Shown: positions 46,431 through 56,804, numbered from the stretch's first letter. The stretch is DNA of 64,000 nucleotides from Candidatus Chewarchaeum aethiopicum (GCA_034190395.1 JAXINS010000015.1:3679-67678); one strand, 5' to 3'. Numbers and translations: made by a program. Notes: generated by a model not told the origin, from the letters alone.

Positions 46431-46702
46431 ATCCCGGGGTTACGTTCGGCAGTAGTTCAATGATTGGGTTCGCGAAACGGTGGCGATCCGGCCGTGAGCG
46501 GAGGGTCGACAGCGCGTTCATTTAAGTGTCTCTCGTCACAAGGAGTAGATACGAACGAACTGCTGAGCTACAGCACTCGGTTCGTCTGGTTGTCGATTGC
46601 TGGGTTCGTTGTCCTGATACGACCTGAGTGTTCCGTGAGTGAAATCGATCCTGACGCTCCACGACACGGGAAACTAAGGACGACGCTCGCGAGACCGATG
46701 GC

Positions 46703-48139
46703 ATGGGGAACGCCCAGGAGCTAGGGTCGGGGAGTCCACCCAACCGGGCCGGGGAGACACCGGAGTCGATCGCCTCACCGACGGCGGTCGACGACGAGAC
46801 GACCACCACCGAAGAGGGAACCGAACTCGAACGGACGATCGGACTGTCCGGGGGGATCGCGATCGGTGTCGGGACGATGATCGGTGCCGGCATCTTCGTG
46901 TTTCCGGGGCTGGCAGCCGGGCGCGCCGGTCCCGCCGCGGCGGGATCGTTCGCCATCGGTGCCGTCATCGCGTTGCTCGTTGCTTTGCCGACCTCCGAGT
47001 TGGCGACGGCAATGCCGAAATCCGGCGGTGGCTACTATTTCATCTCCCGGGCGCTCGGGACCCTCCCAGGGGCCATCGTCGGCATCAGCATCTGGCTCGG
47101 GCTAGTGTTCGCGACGGCGTTTTATCTGGTCGGGTTTGGCAACTACGCCGCTGCCGTCCTCGCCGAAGCCGGCATCGTGGTCAACGTCCCGATCGTCGTC
47201 CCGCTTGCGCTGATCTTCGGGGTGTTTCTCACCGGTTTGAACCTGTTTGGCACCGAAAACGCGGCCGCCCTCCAGAACTACGTCGTCGGTCTGTTGTTGA
47301 CGATCCTGGTGCTCTTTTTGGGGTACGGCGGCCTGGATGCTCTCGGGATCTTCGGGACGGCGAGCACCCCCGAAACGTTCACGCCGTACGGTACGCTGCC
47401 GGTGGTGACGACCGCCGCGCTCGTGTTCACGTCCTACCTGGGCTTTGCGCAGGTCGCGACGGTCGCTGGCGATATCAAACGCCCCGGCCGGAACCTGCCG
47501 ATCGCGATGGTGGCGTCGGTACTGATCGTCGGAATCCTCTACGTCGTGACGATCTTTGTCGCGACGAGTGCGTTCGGAAGCGCGCGGTTGTCCGCCTTCG
47601 GGGAGACGGCTATCGTCGAGGTGGCCCGTGATTTCATCGGCACCGGTGGGGCGATCGCGATCCTGTTTGCGGGGTTGCTCGCGACGATCTCGAGTGCCAA
47701 CGCCTCGATCCTCTCGACCTCCCGGGCCGTGTTCGCGGTGAGTAAGGACGCGATCCTCCCCCGGTATGCCGGCCGGCTCAACCTTCGCTATGGCACACCG
47801 CATGTCGCGTTGGTAATGGCGGGGGGACCGGTCCTCGTCTTGATCGCTTTGGGTGAAGTCGAGGTGTTGGCGGAGGTCGCCTCGTTTCTTCACCTGATCA
47901 TGTACGGGCTGATGTGTGTGGCGCTGATCTCGCTTCGCCGCCAGGATCCGGCGTGGTACGATCCGGACTTTCGAGTTCCGGCCTACCAGCTGATCGCCGG
48001 GCTCGGGGCGATCGCGAGCTTTGGGTTGATCGCGTTCATGCAGTTGGTCTCCCAGCTCATCGGTGTCGCGATCATGCTCGTGGCCGCCGGGTGGTACAAA
48101 TACTACGCCAACGATGTCACGCTCAAGGGGGTATTTTAG
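46703..48139 (+). CDS. amino acid permease (APC superfamily)
   Basis: 12 TM helices and an N-terminal [19 protein letters not shown] signature. Confidence 0.9.
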   Translation: MGNAQELGSGSPPNRAGETPESIASPTAVDDETTTTEEGTELERTIGLSGGIAIGVGTMIGAGIFVFPGLAAGRAGPAAAGSFAIGAVIALLVALPTSELATAMPKSGGGYYFISRALGTLPGAIVGISIWLGLVFATAFYLVGFGNYAAAVLAEAGIVVNVPIVVPLALIFGVFLTGLNLFGTENAAALQNYVVGLLLTILVLFLGYGGLDALGIFGTASTPETFTPYGTLPVVTTAALVFTSYLGFAQVATVAGDIKRPGRNLPIAMVASVLIVGILYVVTIFVATSAFGSARLSAFGETAIVEVARDFIGTGGAIAILFAGLLATISSANASILSTSRAVFAVSKDAILPRYAGRLNLRYGTPHVALVMAGGPVLVLIALGEVEVLAEVASFLHLIMYGLMCVALISLRRQDPAWYDPDFRVPAYQLIAGLGAIASFGLIAFMQLVSQLIGVAIMLVAAGWYKYYANDVTLKGVF

Positions 48140-48922
48140 ATGACGGACCCAACGCCGACCGACGACGGCGATGGGTCGCTCCCGGGATCGGATCTTAACA
48201 TCCGTGAGCCGCCCGTGATCCTGTTGCCCGTCCGGGTGATGGAGGGCCAGACCGTGGCTGCACCGCTGGTCGAATTTCTCGCGCCCGCCGAGATCGTCAT
48301 TCTCGGCTATCACGTCCTGCCCGAACAGACGCCGGTCGAACAGGCGAGCATGCAGTTTGAGGACCGGGCCCAGGAGGCGGTGGCGGACATCGCCGAAACG
48401 TTCCGGGCTGCCGGCCGTGATCCCGACACGCGGATCGTTTTCACCCACAACCGCGATCAGACAGTAAACCGTGTCGCCACCGAAGTCGGGGCGACGGCGA
48501 TCTTACTACCGAATCCCACTGGCCCCATCGAGACGGTGCTTGTCCCGCTTCGTGGGGCGATCGATACGAACCGGCTTGCGGATCTCGTCGCTACGCTCGT
48601 CGGTGCAGAGCAGGGAGAGGTGACCCTCTGGGGGCTCTCCCCGGAAGACAGTCCCTTCGACCCCGACCAGGCTGTAACGCAAGCAGCCGATCGGCTTCGG
48701 AATCGGGGGCTGTCGGACGCCCAGATCACGACCGACACTGCTGCGGGTGGCACTGTCCGGGATATCATCGACCGATCCGATGACTACGACATCGTCGTTA
48801 TGGGGGCGGGCGGGACGTCGCTGCTGAGCCTGCTCTTTGGCGAAGATTCCGAACGGGTCGCCGAGGGCGCCGTCGCCCCCGTATTGGTCGTCCGCGGGAT
48901 GGCATCTGATACCGACGCTTGA
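48140..48922 (+). CDS. tandem universal stress protein domain protein
   Basis: Two Usp halves. C-terminal DYDIVVMGAGGTS...VAEGAVAPVLVVRG. Its ATG directly abuts the permease stop (TAGATG). Confidence 0.85.
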   Translation: MTDPTPTDDGDGSLPGSDLNIREPPVILLPVRVMEGQTVAAPLVEFLAPAEIVILGYHVLPEQTPVEQASMQFEDRAQEAVADIAETFRAAGRDPDTRIVFTHNRDQTVNRVATEVGATAILLPNPTGPIETVLVPLRGAIDTNRLADLVATLVGAEQGEVTLWGLSPEDSPFDPDQAVTQAADRLRNRGLSDAQITTDTAAGGTVRDIIDRSDDYDIVVMGAGGTSLLSLLFGEDSERVAEGAVAPVLVVRGMASDTDA

Positions 48923-49019
48923 CGGGGGCGCTTTCCCCGCCGAATGACACTACCCGTCTCCGTAGGTTCCACCAGCGATGGACAGGAACGCATAAACTTC
49001 GGGCAGTCGTTGTATCGCC

Positions 49020-49664
49020 GTGAACGTCACCATCATCGATTACGGGGTCGGGAACCTCCACAGCCTTCAACGGGGACTCGAACGTGCCGACGCCACGGTG
49101 ACCGTTTCCGACGATCCGGCAGCGATCGCCAGCGCGGAGGCACTCGTCCTGCCGGGGGTTGGGGCGTTCGGGGAATGCGTCCGCAACTCCAAACCGTTTC
49201 ACGATGTCCTCATCGAGGCCGCCGAGGATACGCCGATCCTTGGTATCTGTGTTGGTTTCCAGCTTATGTTCACCGAGAGCACCGAGGGGGCACCCACAGG
49301 CGAGACGATCGATGGGCTTGATCTCATCTCGGGGCGGGTCAAACGGCTCCCCAACGAGACAGTGAACGTCCCGCATATGGGCTGGAACGAGCTCCGGATC
49401 GATCGTGCGCATCCTCTCGTCGATGGCCTTTCGACGGGCGATTACGCGTATTTTGTCCACTCGTATGGATCGGACGTCGCCGATCATACGATCGTGTCCT
49501 GTGACTACGGCTTCGAGTTCGCAGCGATTGCCGCCAACGAGGCGGGCAACGTCATGGGCACGCAGTTCCATCCCGAAAAGAGCGGTGCGACCGGGCTTCG
49601 CATCCTTGAGAACTTCGTCGAGTACGCTCGTCAGTACCCGGAGCACACGCTCAGCGTTTCGTGA
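49020..49664 (+). CDS. hisH: imidazole glycerol phosphate synthase glutaminase subunit HisH
   Basis: IIDYGVGNLHSLQRGLE, GICVGFQLM (catalytic Cys), HMGWN, FVHSY, FHPEKS. GTG start. Confidence 0.9.
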   Translation: MNVTIIDYGVGNLHSLQRGLERADATVTVSDDPAAIASAEALVLPGVGAFGECVRNSKPFHDVLIEAAEDTPILGICVGFQLMFTESTEGAPTGETIDGLDLISGRVKRLPNETVNVPHMGWNELRIDRAHPLVDGLSTGDYAYFVHSYGSDVADHTIVSCDYGFEFAAIAANEAGNVMGTQFHPEKSGATGLRILENFVEYARQYPEHTLSVS

Positions 49665-49756
49665 TTGTTGGCGACACGAGCGGGTGATCGGGTTTTGTAG
49701 CTCCGACAACGCTGGTGTCAACGCCGCCAATCAGCGGCCAGCCTAACTCCGTGCGT

Positions 49757-50641
49757 TCACGCGAGGGTCCCGTTCGCCGTCGGAATAACGCGACCACCGA
49801 CCTCGACTTCGAACGGATCGGCGCTGGCATCGGTACTGAGATACAGTTTCGAGGGGCGACCCATCTCGTACCCCTGTTCGACGGTTACGTCGACGGTTTC
49901 CTCACCGAAGTACTCGTGACTGGCGAGATACCCCGCGAGACAGCCGTTCGCGCTCCCGGTGGCCGGATCCTCGGGGACGCCGTAGTAATGGGCGAACACT
50001 CGCACGGCGAGGTCGTTCGTGCCGTCCCGTGGATCCGCACAGAATACCAGGATATTCTTCGCCTCTTGGCCGGCGACGAACTCCTCGTAGGCATCCAGAT
50101 CCACATCGATCGAGGTGAGCGCTTCACGATCGATAAGCGGAACTATAACCGTCGGAAGGCCCGTTGAAACCGCCTGGACCGGCCAGTCGTGATCGAGGTC
50201 CGACGGTTCGATACCCAGCACTGCCGCCAGCGTCTTATGATCGAACTGCTGGCCGAATTCGGGGGGCTGTTGGGTCATCCACAGTATCTCGTGGTCGGCC
50301 GGTCGCTCGACCCGGACGGGGATCTGGCCGACCGGCAAATTCAAAACGACCTCGTCGGGCTGGCCCTCGGCGACGGCGTTCCTGATGACGGCGGCCGTTC
50401 CGAGGGTCGGATGGCCGGCAAAGGGGATCTCTTCCTCGGGCGTGAAGATCCGTGTCTCATAGCCTCCGTCGATCGGCTCCGTCGATTCGATGAACGTCGT
50501 CTCCGAATAGCCGAACTCGCGGGCGATCGCTTGCATCGTCTCGTCGTCAATCCCGGCGGCCTGTTCGACGACCGCGAGTTGGTTGCCGGCGTACTGTCGT
50601 TCGGCGAAGACATCGACGATGTGAAACGGTTGTGCGGCCAT
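49757..50641 (-). CDS. PhzF-family isomerase
   Basis: FHIVDVFAERQYAGNQLAVV, ETTF, FAGHPTLG, PATGSANG. Confidence 0.9.
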   Translation of the reverse strand: MAAQPFHIVDVFAERQYAGNQLAVVEQAAGIDDETMQAIAREFGYSETTFIESTEPIDGGYETRIFTPEEEIPFAGHPTLGTAAVIRNAVAEGQPDEVVLNLPVGQIPVRVERPADHEILWMTQQPPEFGQQFDHKTLAAVLGIEPSDLDHDWPVQAVSTGLPTVIVPLIDREALTSIDVDLDAYEEFVAGQEAKNILVFCADPRDGTNDLAVRVFAHYYGVPEDPATGSANGCLAGYLASHEYFGEETVDVTVEQGYEMGRPSKLYLSTDASADPFEVEVGGRVIPTANGTLA

Positions 50642-50745
50642 TGGTGTTCGTCTCGGTCACTGTCACCCGCGATGGCATAAGAGGCGGTGAAGTGATCCAC
50701 GTGAACTCCTGTCGCAGCCGTTAGCGTCGCGATCGACGAGCCTGG

Positions 50746-51675
50746 TTACCCATCGGCGTCCGCCGTCAAAGATGTCAACCGCGACTCGACAAGCTCCAAA
50801 ACCCCTTGTCCCAGCGGTTTCCCGGTCCGTGCCAACCGACGGGCTTCCTTGACGCCCGCTTGATCGGCGAGGGGTGCCAATCGGATCGTGGTCCCGCTCG
50901 CCGTCACGTCGATGACGATCCACGCCTGTGGGTACGAGCACACCGCCGGTGCCATCACTTCGGTTGTGGTTCCATGCGATCTGACCGCCGGGACGTGATG
51001 GTGGCCTGTAACAGCCAGTGGGACATCGTGTTTGGCGAGTAGCTCCCGGACCGCTTGATCGTTCTGGAGCGGGAAGTTCCGCCATTTTCCGCCGGGATGT
51101 TCCGGGAGCGGCCCGAGGTTGTGATGCAAGACGACGATCGGGGCCTCGACGGACGGTAGTCGGTCCGCGAGCCATGTTTGGTCGGCCTCCGAGACACGCC
51201 CGCCCCAGGTCTCCCGTAACCCACCATCGGCTGTACTCGCGGTGTTGACGCCGAACACCGTGACCGAGCCGACCTTCATCGCGAACGGCAGACCCGAGGC
51301 ATATCGACGGGTAAAGGCCGAGATGTCGATCCCATCGTGGGTCTCCCACGCCTTTCGGACGTCATGATTCCCGGGAATCGCGACGGTCGTGAGATTGAAT
51401 TCCCCGAGTACGGTATCGAACGCTTCGAACTCCGATCGATGGCCATCCCGGGTTAGGTCGCCGGCAAACACGACGAGATCGCACCTGTAATCGGTGGCGT
51501 CCCCCAGTGCCGTCCGGAGCCTGGTGGCGGTTCGATGCAATACCTTCCAGGTCCCGGTTTCCTCGGTCGTGAGGTGGGGATCGGCGATGACCCCGATCCG
51601 GACTGGCGGCTCGCTTCGTGGCTGTGGTCGTTCGACGAGGACCGGCCCGATCTTTCCGCCAGCATCGGTGGCCAT
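50746..51675 (-). CDS. calcineurin-like metallophosphoesterase, last gene of an ABC importer operon
   Basis: VIADPHL, AGDLTRDG, PGNHDV, LHHN, GHHH. Its ATG overlaps the ATPase TAA by 1 nt (TAATG). Confidence 0.85.
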   Translation of the reverse strand: MATDAGGKIGPVLVERPQPRSEPPVRIGVIADPHLTTEETGTWKVLHRTATRLRTALGDATDYRCDLVVFAGDLTRDGHRSEFEAFDTVLGEFNLTTVAIPGNHDVRKAWETHDGIDISAFTRRYASGLPFAMKVGSVTVFGVNTASTADGGLRETWGGRVSEADQTWLADRLPSVEAPIVVLHHNLGPLPEHPGGKWRNFPLQNDQAVRELLAKHDVPLAVTGHHHVPAVRSHGTTTEVMAPAVCSYPQAWIVIDVTASGTTIRLAPLADQAGVKEARRLARTGKPLGQGVLELVESRLTSLTADADG

Positions 51676-52694
51676 TAGTCGGTGAGGAGGTGGACCCGCT
51701 GGGTGTCCAAAGAAAGGTAGACCGTATCGTCCTCCGGGTCATCCGTCGGGTCGAACCGCAACGTCAGCTCCTCGCCGTCGGGGAGCCGGGCCGACGCCCG
51801 GACGTGTTCACCCAGATAGAACCGATCCTCGATCATCGCCTCGATCGGGCCACCATCCAGGGTAAACGCCTCCGGTCGCGCGATCACGGTGACATCGCCC
51901 TCGGCCGTGCTGGACGGCGCGTCGACCGCGGCGTGGCCGAAATCGAGCGTGCCATTGTCGACCCGTGCCCGCAGCCGGTTTGAGGTGCCGACGAAATCGG
52001 CGACGAAGCTGTTGGCGGGTCGTTCGTATACTTCGTCCGGCGTGCCGACCTGTTCGATGACACCGTCGTTCATCACTGCGATCCGATCGCACATAACCAT
52101 CGCCTCGGCCTGGTCGTGGGTGACGTACAACGAGGTGACGTCGATATCGTCGAGCAGCGAGCCGATCTCCTCCTGAAGCCGGGTTTTGAGCTTCGCATCC
52201 AACCCGGTCATCGGTTCGTCCAGCAACAACACCCGCGGCTCGATCGCCAATGCCCGTGCCAACCCCACCCGCTGTTGTTGTCCGCCCGACAGCGTCGTCG
52301 GATCACGGTCGGCGAGTTCGGCGATGTCGAGGAGTGTGAGCAACTCCGTTGCTCGCTCCTCGCGGGCGGGTTTCGCCATGTCCCGCATCTTCAGCCCGAA
52401 CTCGACGTTCTGTTGGACGGTCATGTTGTCGAACAGCGCATACGACTGAAAGACCAACCCGACGTCACGCTGTTCGGGAGGCATGTGAGTGACGTCCTCC
52501 CCGCCGAACAGGACTCGGCCGTCAGTCGGCGTCTCGAAGCCGGCGACCGTCCGGAGAGTGGTGGTCTTCCCACAGCCGCTCGGGCCGACCAATCCGACGG
52601 TCTCACCGGGCTCGACTGTCAGCGATACCTCATCGACGGCAACCGTCTCGTTGAACCGCTTTGTGATCCGTTCGAGGGTAACTGTCTCTGCCAT
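51675..52694 (-). CDS. ABC transporter ATP-binding protein (PotA/FbpC-like, C-terminal TOBE-type domain)
   Basis: GPSGCGKTT, LSGGQQQR, LLLDEP, THDQ. About 100 aa of regulatory C-terminal beta domain. Confidence 0.9.
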   Translation of the reverse strand: MAETVTLERITKRFNETVAVDEVSLTVEPGETVGLVGPSGCGKTTTLRTVAGFETPTDGRVLFGGEDVTHMPPEQRDVGLVFQSYALFDNMTVQQNVEFGLKMRDMAKPAREERATELLTLLDIAELADRDPTTLSGGQQQRVGLARALAIEPRVLLLDEPMTGLDAKLKTRLQEEIGSLLDDIDVTSLYVTHDQAEAMVMCDRIAVMNDGVIEQVGTPDEVYERPANSFVADFVGTSNRLRARVDNGTLDFGHAAVDAPSSTAEGDVTVIARPEAFTLDGGPIEAMIEDRFYLGEHVRASARLPDGEELTLRFDPTDDPEDDTVYLSLDTQRVHLLTD

Positions 52695-53638
52695 CAGCGC
52701 GCACCTCCGATCGAGAAGCCCCGCTCGCCAGTCAACTGCAGGATGACGGTGACGATCACGACGATAATGAAGTAAATCGAGATCGCCGCGGCCGCCCGCA
52801 GGAACGGGTTGTTCGAGATGTTCTCAAAGAGAAACAGCGAGAACGGGCGTGGGCCCCGCGAGTAGACGATATACGAGAAGTTGAACTCGGCCGCCGCCAG
52901 CGTCCAACAGACGATCGAACCGGCGATGATCCCCGTTTTCGCGTTCGGGATGATGACGGTCACGAAGGTCCGTATCCAGGAGGCCCCCAACGATCGGGCG
53001 CTCTCCTCGATTTGGCGGAGGTCCATCGATTCGAACGACGATTGGACTGCCAACACCATGTACGGCGCCTTCAGCAGCGAATAGCCGATAATGAGGCCGA
53101 TCGCGCTGGGGAGGTTTGGATACGTTCGCAGGAACGCGATCCCGAGGATGATCCCCGGGACGATCGGCAGGACGGCGAAGGTGTTCATCCACCCACGCCC
53201 ATAGAAGTCGTACCGGGTGACGGCATAGGCGATCGGAATGCCGACGAGGAGGTTGATGAAGACACCCCCCAGCGCCAGCAACATACTGAACCCGAGCGCG
53301 ACCGGAACCGGGATCACGATCCCGACACCTGGGATCACGATCTCCCAGGCGCCGCCCAGGCCACGTTGCGCCCCAAGGGTCTCCGCGATTCCCAGGGCTT
53401 GCTTCCAGTTGATGAGGGTGACGAAGCCACTCGGCAAGAGCCCGGTCCACTCACGGGCGAACGACGCCACGAACGTGATGATGACCGGTCCGATCAGGAA
53501 GACGACCGTGATGAAGATGACCGCCTTGATAATCGTCCGGCCGAACAGCGCCGATAGCCGTCCCAATCGGCTCGGGGTACGCTCCGGCACGGAGCCGGTC
53601 GCGACTGGTCTCGAGTTGTCCGGCCTATCGGTACTCAT
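52694..53638 (-). CDS. ABC transporter permease
   Basis: 6 TM helices and an EAA loop (IEESARSLGASWIRTFVTVIIP). 1-nt overlap with the ATPase gene. Confidence 0.85.
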   Translation of the reverse strand: MSTDRPDNSRPVATGSVPERTPSRLGRLSALFGRTIIKAVIFITVVFLIGPVIITFVASFAREWTGLLPSGFVTLINWKQALGIAETLGAQRGLGGAWEIVIPGVGIVIPVPVALGFSMLLALGGVFINLLVGIPIAYAVTRYDFYGRGWMNTFAVLPIVPGIILGIAFLRTYPNLPSAIGLIIGYSLLKAPYMVLAVQSSFESMDLRQIEESARSLGASWIRTFVTVIIPNAKTGIIAGSIVCWTLAAAEFNFSYIVYSRGPRPFSLFLFENISNNPFLRAAAAISIYFIIVVIVTVILQLTGERGFSIGGAR

Positions 53639-54642
53639 GCGGTCACCTCCGCGCTGGTAAAGCGCAGACTCAGGAAGGTAAACGCAACCGTGAACGCGAA
53701 AAACAGCGCCGCCAGAGCCGACGCCATCGGTAGATTGAATCCAACACTGATTTCCTGGTTAAACCGGAAGGTCACCACCGAGAGTGCCTTCAACACCAGG
53801 ACGGTCCCGAAGATCGCCAGTGCCGTCCGGAACGTGAGGATCAACGCGCCCACGATCCCCGGCCGAATCTGTGGCAACGTCACGTATCGGAACGTCTGTA
53901 GCGGGGTGGCGCCGAGCGCCCGTGCGGCTTCCTCGGCGGCGGTATTGACCTCGGCGTAGGTGCCCCGAAGGAGAAAGGTCGCCCGTGGGATCATCGAGTA
54001 GAGATAGCCGAAAAACAGCCCGATGATCGCCGGCAAGCTGCCGGATGGCCGGCCCGTCAACGCGAGGTCGTTCGCGCTGGCACCCGTGAGGAAGGTAAAG
54101 AAGTTCGTCAACATCCCCGTCTTCCCGAACCAGACGATCATCATGAACGCGGCGACGATCCCGGGCAGGCTGATCGGAAACGAAATGAGGGTAACGAGCA
54201 ATCCCTCCCTGGGAAGGTCGTATTTTTCAAGCCCGTGGGCGATTCCGATGCCCAACGCGACGCTTGCGATGGTCGTCACCATCCCGAACCACAGCGAGTT
54301 CCAGATCACGGATCCGTAGACTGGATCGGCGCTGAGGCCGCTCCCGACTACCGGAATAAACGATAGAATCGAGGTGAACAACGTGTCGTAGGCCTCTAGC
54401 GTGAACCCCTCGATCCGGAAACTTGAGGTCGAGGTGCTCATCCGGAACATCTCGAGCAGGGGGACAAACGCGCCAAACACCGCAAGCGCGAAAAACGGAA
54501 ACGCCAGACCGACAATACGGCGGCGTTTCCGATCGCGTTCGGTCTTCGGGGAGAGCAACCGCGACGTACCGGTCTGTACGCGCCCGAAGAGGCTCGATTC
54601 GTCTGTGGTGGCCATCAGTTCAGTAACCGGTGAGTCCGACAC
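53635..54642 (-). CDS. ABC transporter permease
   Basis: 6 TM helices and an EAA loop (AEEAARALGATPLQTFRYVTLP). ATGA overlap downstream. Alternative ATG at 54615. Confidence 0.85.
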   Translation of the reverse strand: MSDSPVTELMATTDESSLFGRVQTGTSRLLSPKTERDRKRRRIVGLAFPFFALAVFGAFVPLLEMFRMSTSTSSFRIEGFTLEAYDTLFTSILSFIPVVGSGLSADPVYGSVIWNSLWFGMVTTIASVALGIGIAHGLEKYDLPREGLLVTLISFPISLPGIVAAFMMIVWFGKTGMLTNFFTFLTGASANDLALTGRPSGSLPAIIGLFFGYLYSMIPRATFLLRGTYAEVNTAAEEAARALGATPLQTFRYVTLPQIRPGIVGALILTFRTALAIFGTVLVLKALSVVTFRFNQEISVGFNLPMASALAALFFAFTVAFTFLSLRFTSAEVTA

Positions 54643-55786
54643 CTTTGCCGATCTCTTCGATGATACTTTCCTGGTTTTTGACGAGTTTCTGATAGTCGAC
54701 CTGGAATTGGGTTTTCTCGTATCGATCCTGGGGCGGGAACTCCTCGGGGAGCTCTAGCTCGGAGGCCCGGATCGGTTTGACGAAGGCATCGAGGAACTTT
54801 TTCTGGCCCTCAAGGGAGAGGACGTAGTCCATGAAGAGCTTGCAGGCCCCGGGGTTGGGCGCGCCCTTCAGCATACCATAGCCGTAGGGTTGGTTGAACG
54901 CACCCTTTTCGCCGTTTGGCCCAGTCAGGAGCTTTACCCCCACCTTCTCTTTGCTGATAGAATCGGCGTTGTACTTCAGATCTAGGCCGGTGTAGTCGTA
55001 CTCGACAAAGGTGTGCACCTCGCCTTTGGTGAATTTCTGTTCGACGTTGCCGGCGAACACCGCGCCGTTGGATTTCATCTCCTTGTAGTAGTCGATTACC
55101 GGCTGGACATCGGTTAGGGAACCGCCGTAGGCGTTGTTGATCGAGAGTGCGCCGGCGAGGCCAACTGCCGCGTTCGGTGGCTGGAATTGGGTCCCAGCGG
55201 CGATCTCGGGTTTTCGGAGGTCATCCCAGGTCTGAGGTTCAGACCAGCCCTTCTTCTCGTAGATGTCCTTCCGATAGGACACCGTTGTGGTCATCCGTCG
55301 GGTCGCGGTCATGTGACCGTTATCGCTTTTGAGCTTATCGGGAACTTTGTCCCAGTTTGCAGGTTTGTACGCCTGTGTCAGATCGTCTTGCATCGCGAGG
55401 ATGCCGAACGTATACCCGCCGTTATACGCCGAGTGTGTCGGATTCTGGGCGTGGGCACGGAGATCCGAGAGCGCTTCACCCGAGGACCGTTGGTCGTCGT
55501 TGAGCGACACGCCGTATTCCTTTTTAAACGACTTCATGATCTCTCCCCAATTCGACCAGCCGGTCTGGACGGCATAGACGAACAGCTTATCGGGGAAATC
55601 GCTCGCGCTGACCGTCGTCTGATAGTCGCCGTACCCGACCTCGTAGGTTTCGCCGCTCGAGGAACCCGCTGTCGTCCCACCGGATCCACTGGAACCGCCG
55701 GATCCACCCGTGCTGCTTGCACAGCCCGTGAGGCCAGTTGCGAGTACTGTACCGGAGCCTGCCAAGAATTCACGCCGTGATGGCAT
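54620..55786 (-). CDS. ABC transporter substrate-binding lipoprotein, family 1 (PotD/Fbp-like)
   Basis: Tat-like signal plus lipobox (SRREFLAGSGTVLATGLTGC), Ser/Gly/Thr linker, and a family-1 SBP-sized body. Confidence 0.85.
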   Translation of the reverse strand: MPSRREFLAGSGTVLATGLTGCASSTGGSGGSSGSGGTTAGSSSGETYEVGYGDYQTTVSASDFPDKLFVYAVQTGWSNWGEIMKSFKKEYGVSLNDDQRSSGEALSDLRAHAQNPTHSAYNGGYTFGILAMQDDLTQAYKPANWDKVPDKLKSDNGHMTATRRMTTTVSYRKDIYEKKGWSEPQTWDDLRKPEIAAGTQFQPPNAAVGLAGALSINNAYGGSLTDVQPVIDYYKEMKSNGAVFAGNVEQKFTKGEVHTFVEYDYTGLDLKYNADSISKEKVGVKLLTGPNGEKGAFNQPYGYGMLKGAPNPGACKLFMDYVLSLEGQKKFLDAFVKPIRASELELPEEFPPQDRYEKTQFQVDYQKLVKNQESIIEEIGKGVGLTGY

Positions 55787-55825
55787 CAGATAGAGCCGCG
55801 TAACCCGACATTAAAGAGAATTGAT

Positions 55826-55852
55826 AATATTGCTATTTGGCGCTATATATCG
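55826..55852 (-). promoter_or_regulatory. promoter region of the family-1 SBP operon carrying AAATAGCAATATT and GCTATATA elements
   Basis: Minus strand reads GATATATAGCGCCAAATAGCAATATTATCAA...ATG(55786). The ATAGCAAT core is shared with 6365-6372 and 9591-9598. The 10-mer TTGCTATTTG is shared with 19274-19283. Confidence 0.4.
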
Positions 55853-55965
55853 TTGCTAGGGGTCAATATTCCTATATTGTACAATCGTTCTAATCAGCTG
55901 ATATGTTCCCCATCGTGCATCTATTACCGGCTATATAGACCGGGCCCGTCGCGCCCGCTCCTTGG

Positions 55966-56724
55966 TCACTCCGTACACCCGTCGTTGGCCGGCGTGTCAT
56001 CGGTTTTCGACGGCTGGGTGGCTGTCCGGGTCGTCCCGTCGTGGTTGGGCCGCATTTCGGTGTAGGGCAACTCATCGACCGAGGGTTCAAAACACTGCGC
56101 CGTATCCTCCGGGACGGCTGACTCGTTCTCGTCTCCGGGCCACATTTGCGTGTATGGCAGATCGATTACCGCCGGTTCGTAGCTGGACCCTCCGTTTTGG
56201 TACTGTCCGGGTCCGCTGAGGCCACCGGTTTCCACGACAACAACGGAGCCGGCAAGCGCCAGTACGCCGAGGATCACTCCCACGAGGACGACTACCTCCT
56301 TTCGTTCGATCCTGCCGCCATCACCGGTCGGAGTCGATTCTTCGAGTGATCGATCGAAGAACCGCTGGGTAATCGTCTCTGCCCGTTTTCGATCCAGACC
56401 ATAGAGTAACCGCTCGTGGAGTTCCATCGGATCGATCACTCGCGTCTCGGGCGATACCCCGGATAGTCGCTCCGGCGTATCGGTGATGATTCCATCGATG
56501 TCGCTTTCCGGTGGTTCGATCGTCGGTACATGATCCTGCCACCACGACCGACGAACGACAGAGAACGTCCGTGTCCGTCCCCGATAATGGATCCGGAGCC
56601 GTCGGTTTTCACGCCGAACCGTGGCGCCGCTGGCCCGCCACAGTGACGCCACAAATTCGACAAACCGCTCGTCGTCGAGCGATCGGAGCTGTCGGATAAA
56701 CGTCGCCCGCGACAGCGGTGCCAT
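55966..56724 (-). CDS. single-pass membrane protein: degenerate endonuclease-like N-domain, TM helix, duplicated extracellular motif
   Basis: ATG confirmed at 56724 (MAPLSRATFIRQLRSLDDERFVEFVASLWRASG...). TM VVVLVGVILGVLALAGSVVVV. C-terminal 30-aa tandem duplication (YEPAVIDLPYTQMWP / FEPSVDELPYTEMRP). Confidence 0.6.
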   Translation of the reverse strand: MAPLSRATFIRQLRSLDDERFVEFVASLWRASGATVRRENRRLRIHYRGRTRTFSVVRRSWWQDHVPTIEPPESDIDGIITDTPERLSGVSPETRVIDPMELHERLLYGLDRKRAETITQRFFDRSLEESTPTGDGGRIERKEVVVLVGVILGVLALAGSVVVVETGGLSGPGQYQNGGSSYEPAVIDLPYTQMWPGDENESAVPEDTAQCFEPSVDELPYTEMRPNHDGTTRTATQPSKTDDTPANDGCTE

Positions 56725-56804
56725 CGGTCTATCCGTTGGTCGCCGGCTGCCTAAACGTTCGCACGCCTTCGCTCGGCTCTCCGGCGCGTCTATCCCACGT
56801 CGTC

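Noticed and set aside
47102-48448. 448-aa ORF on the minus strand
   Set aside because: Antisense to the APC permease and Usp genes. Extremely Arg/Asp/His-rich, with no hydrophobic core or motifs.
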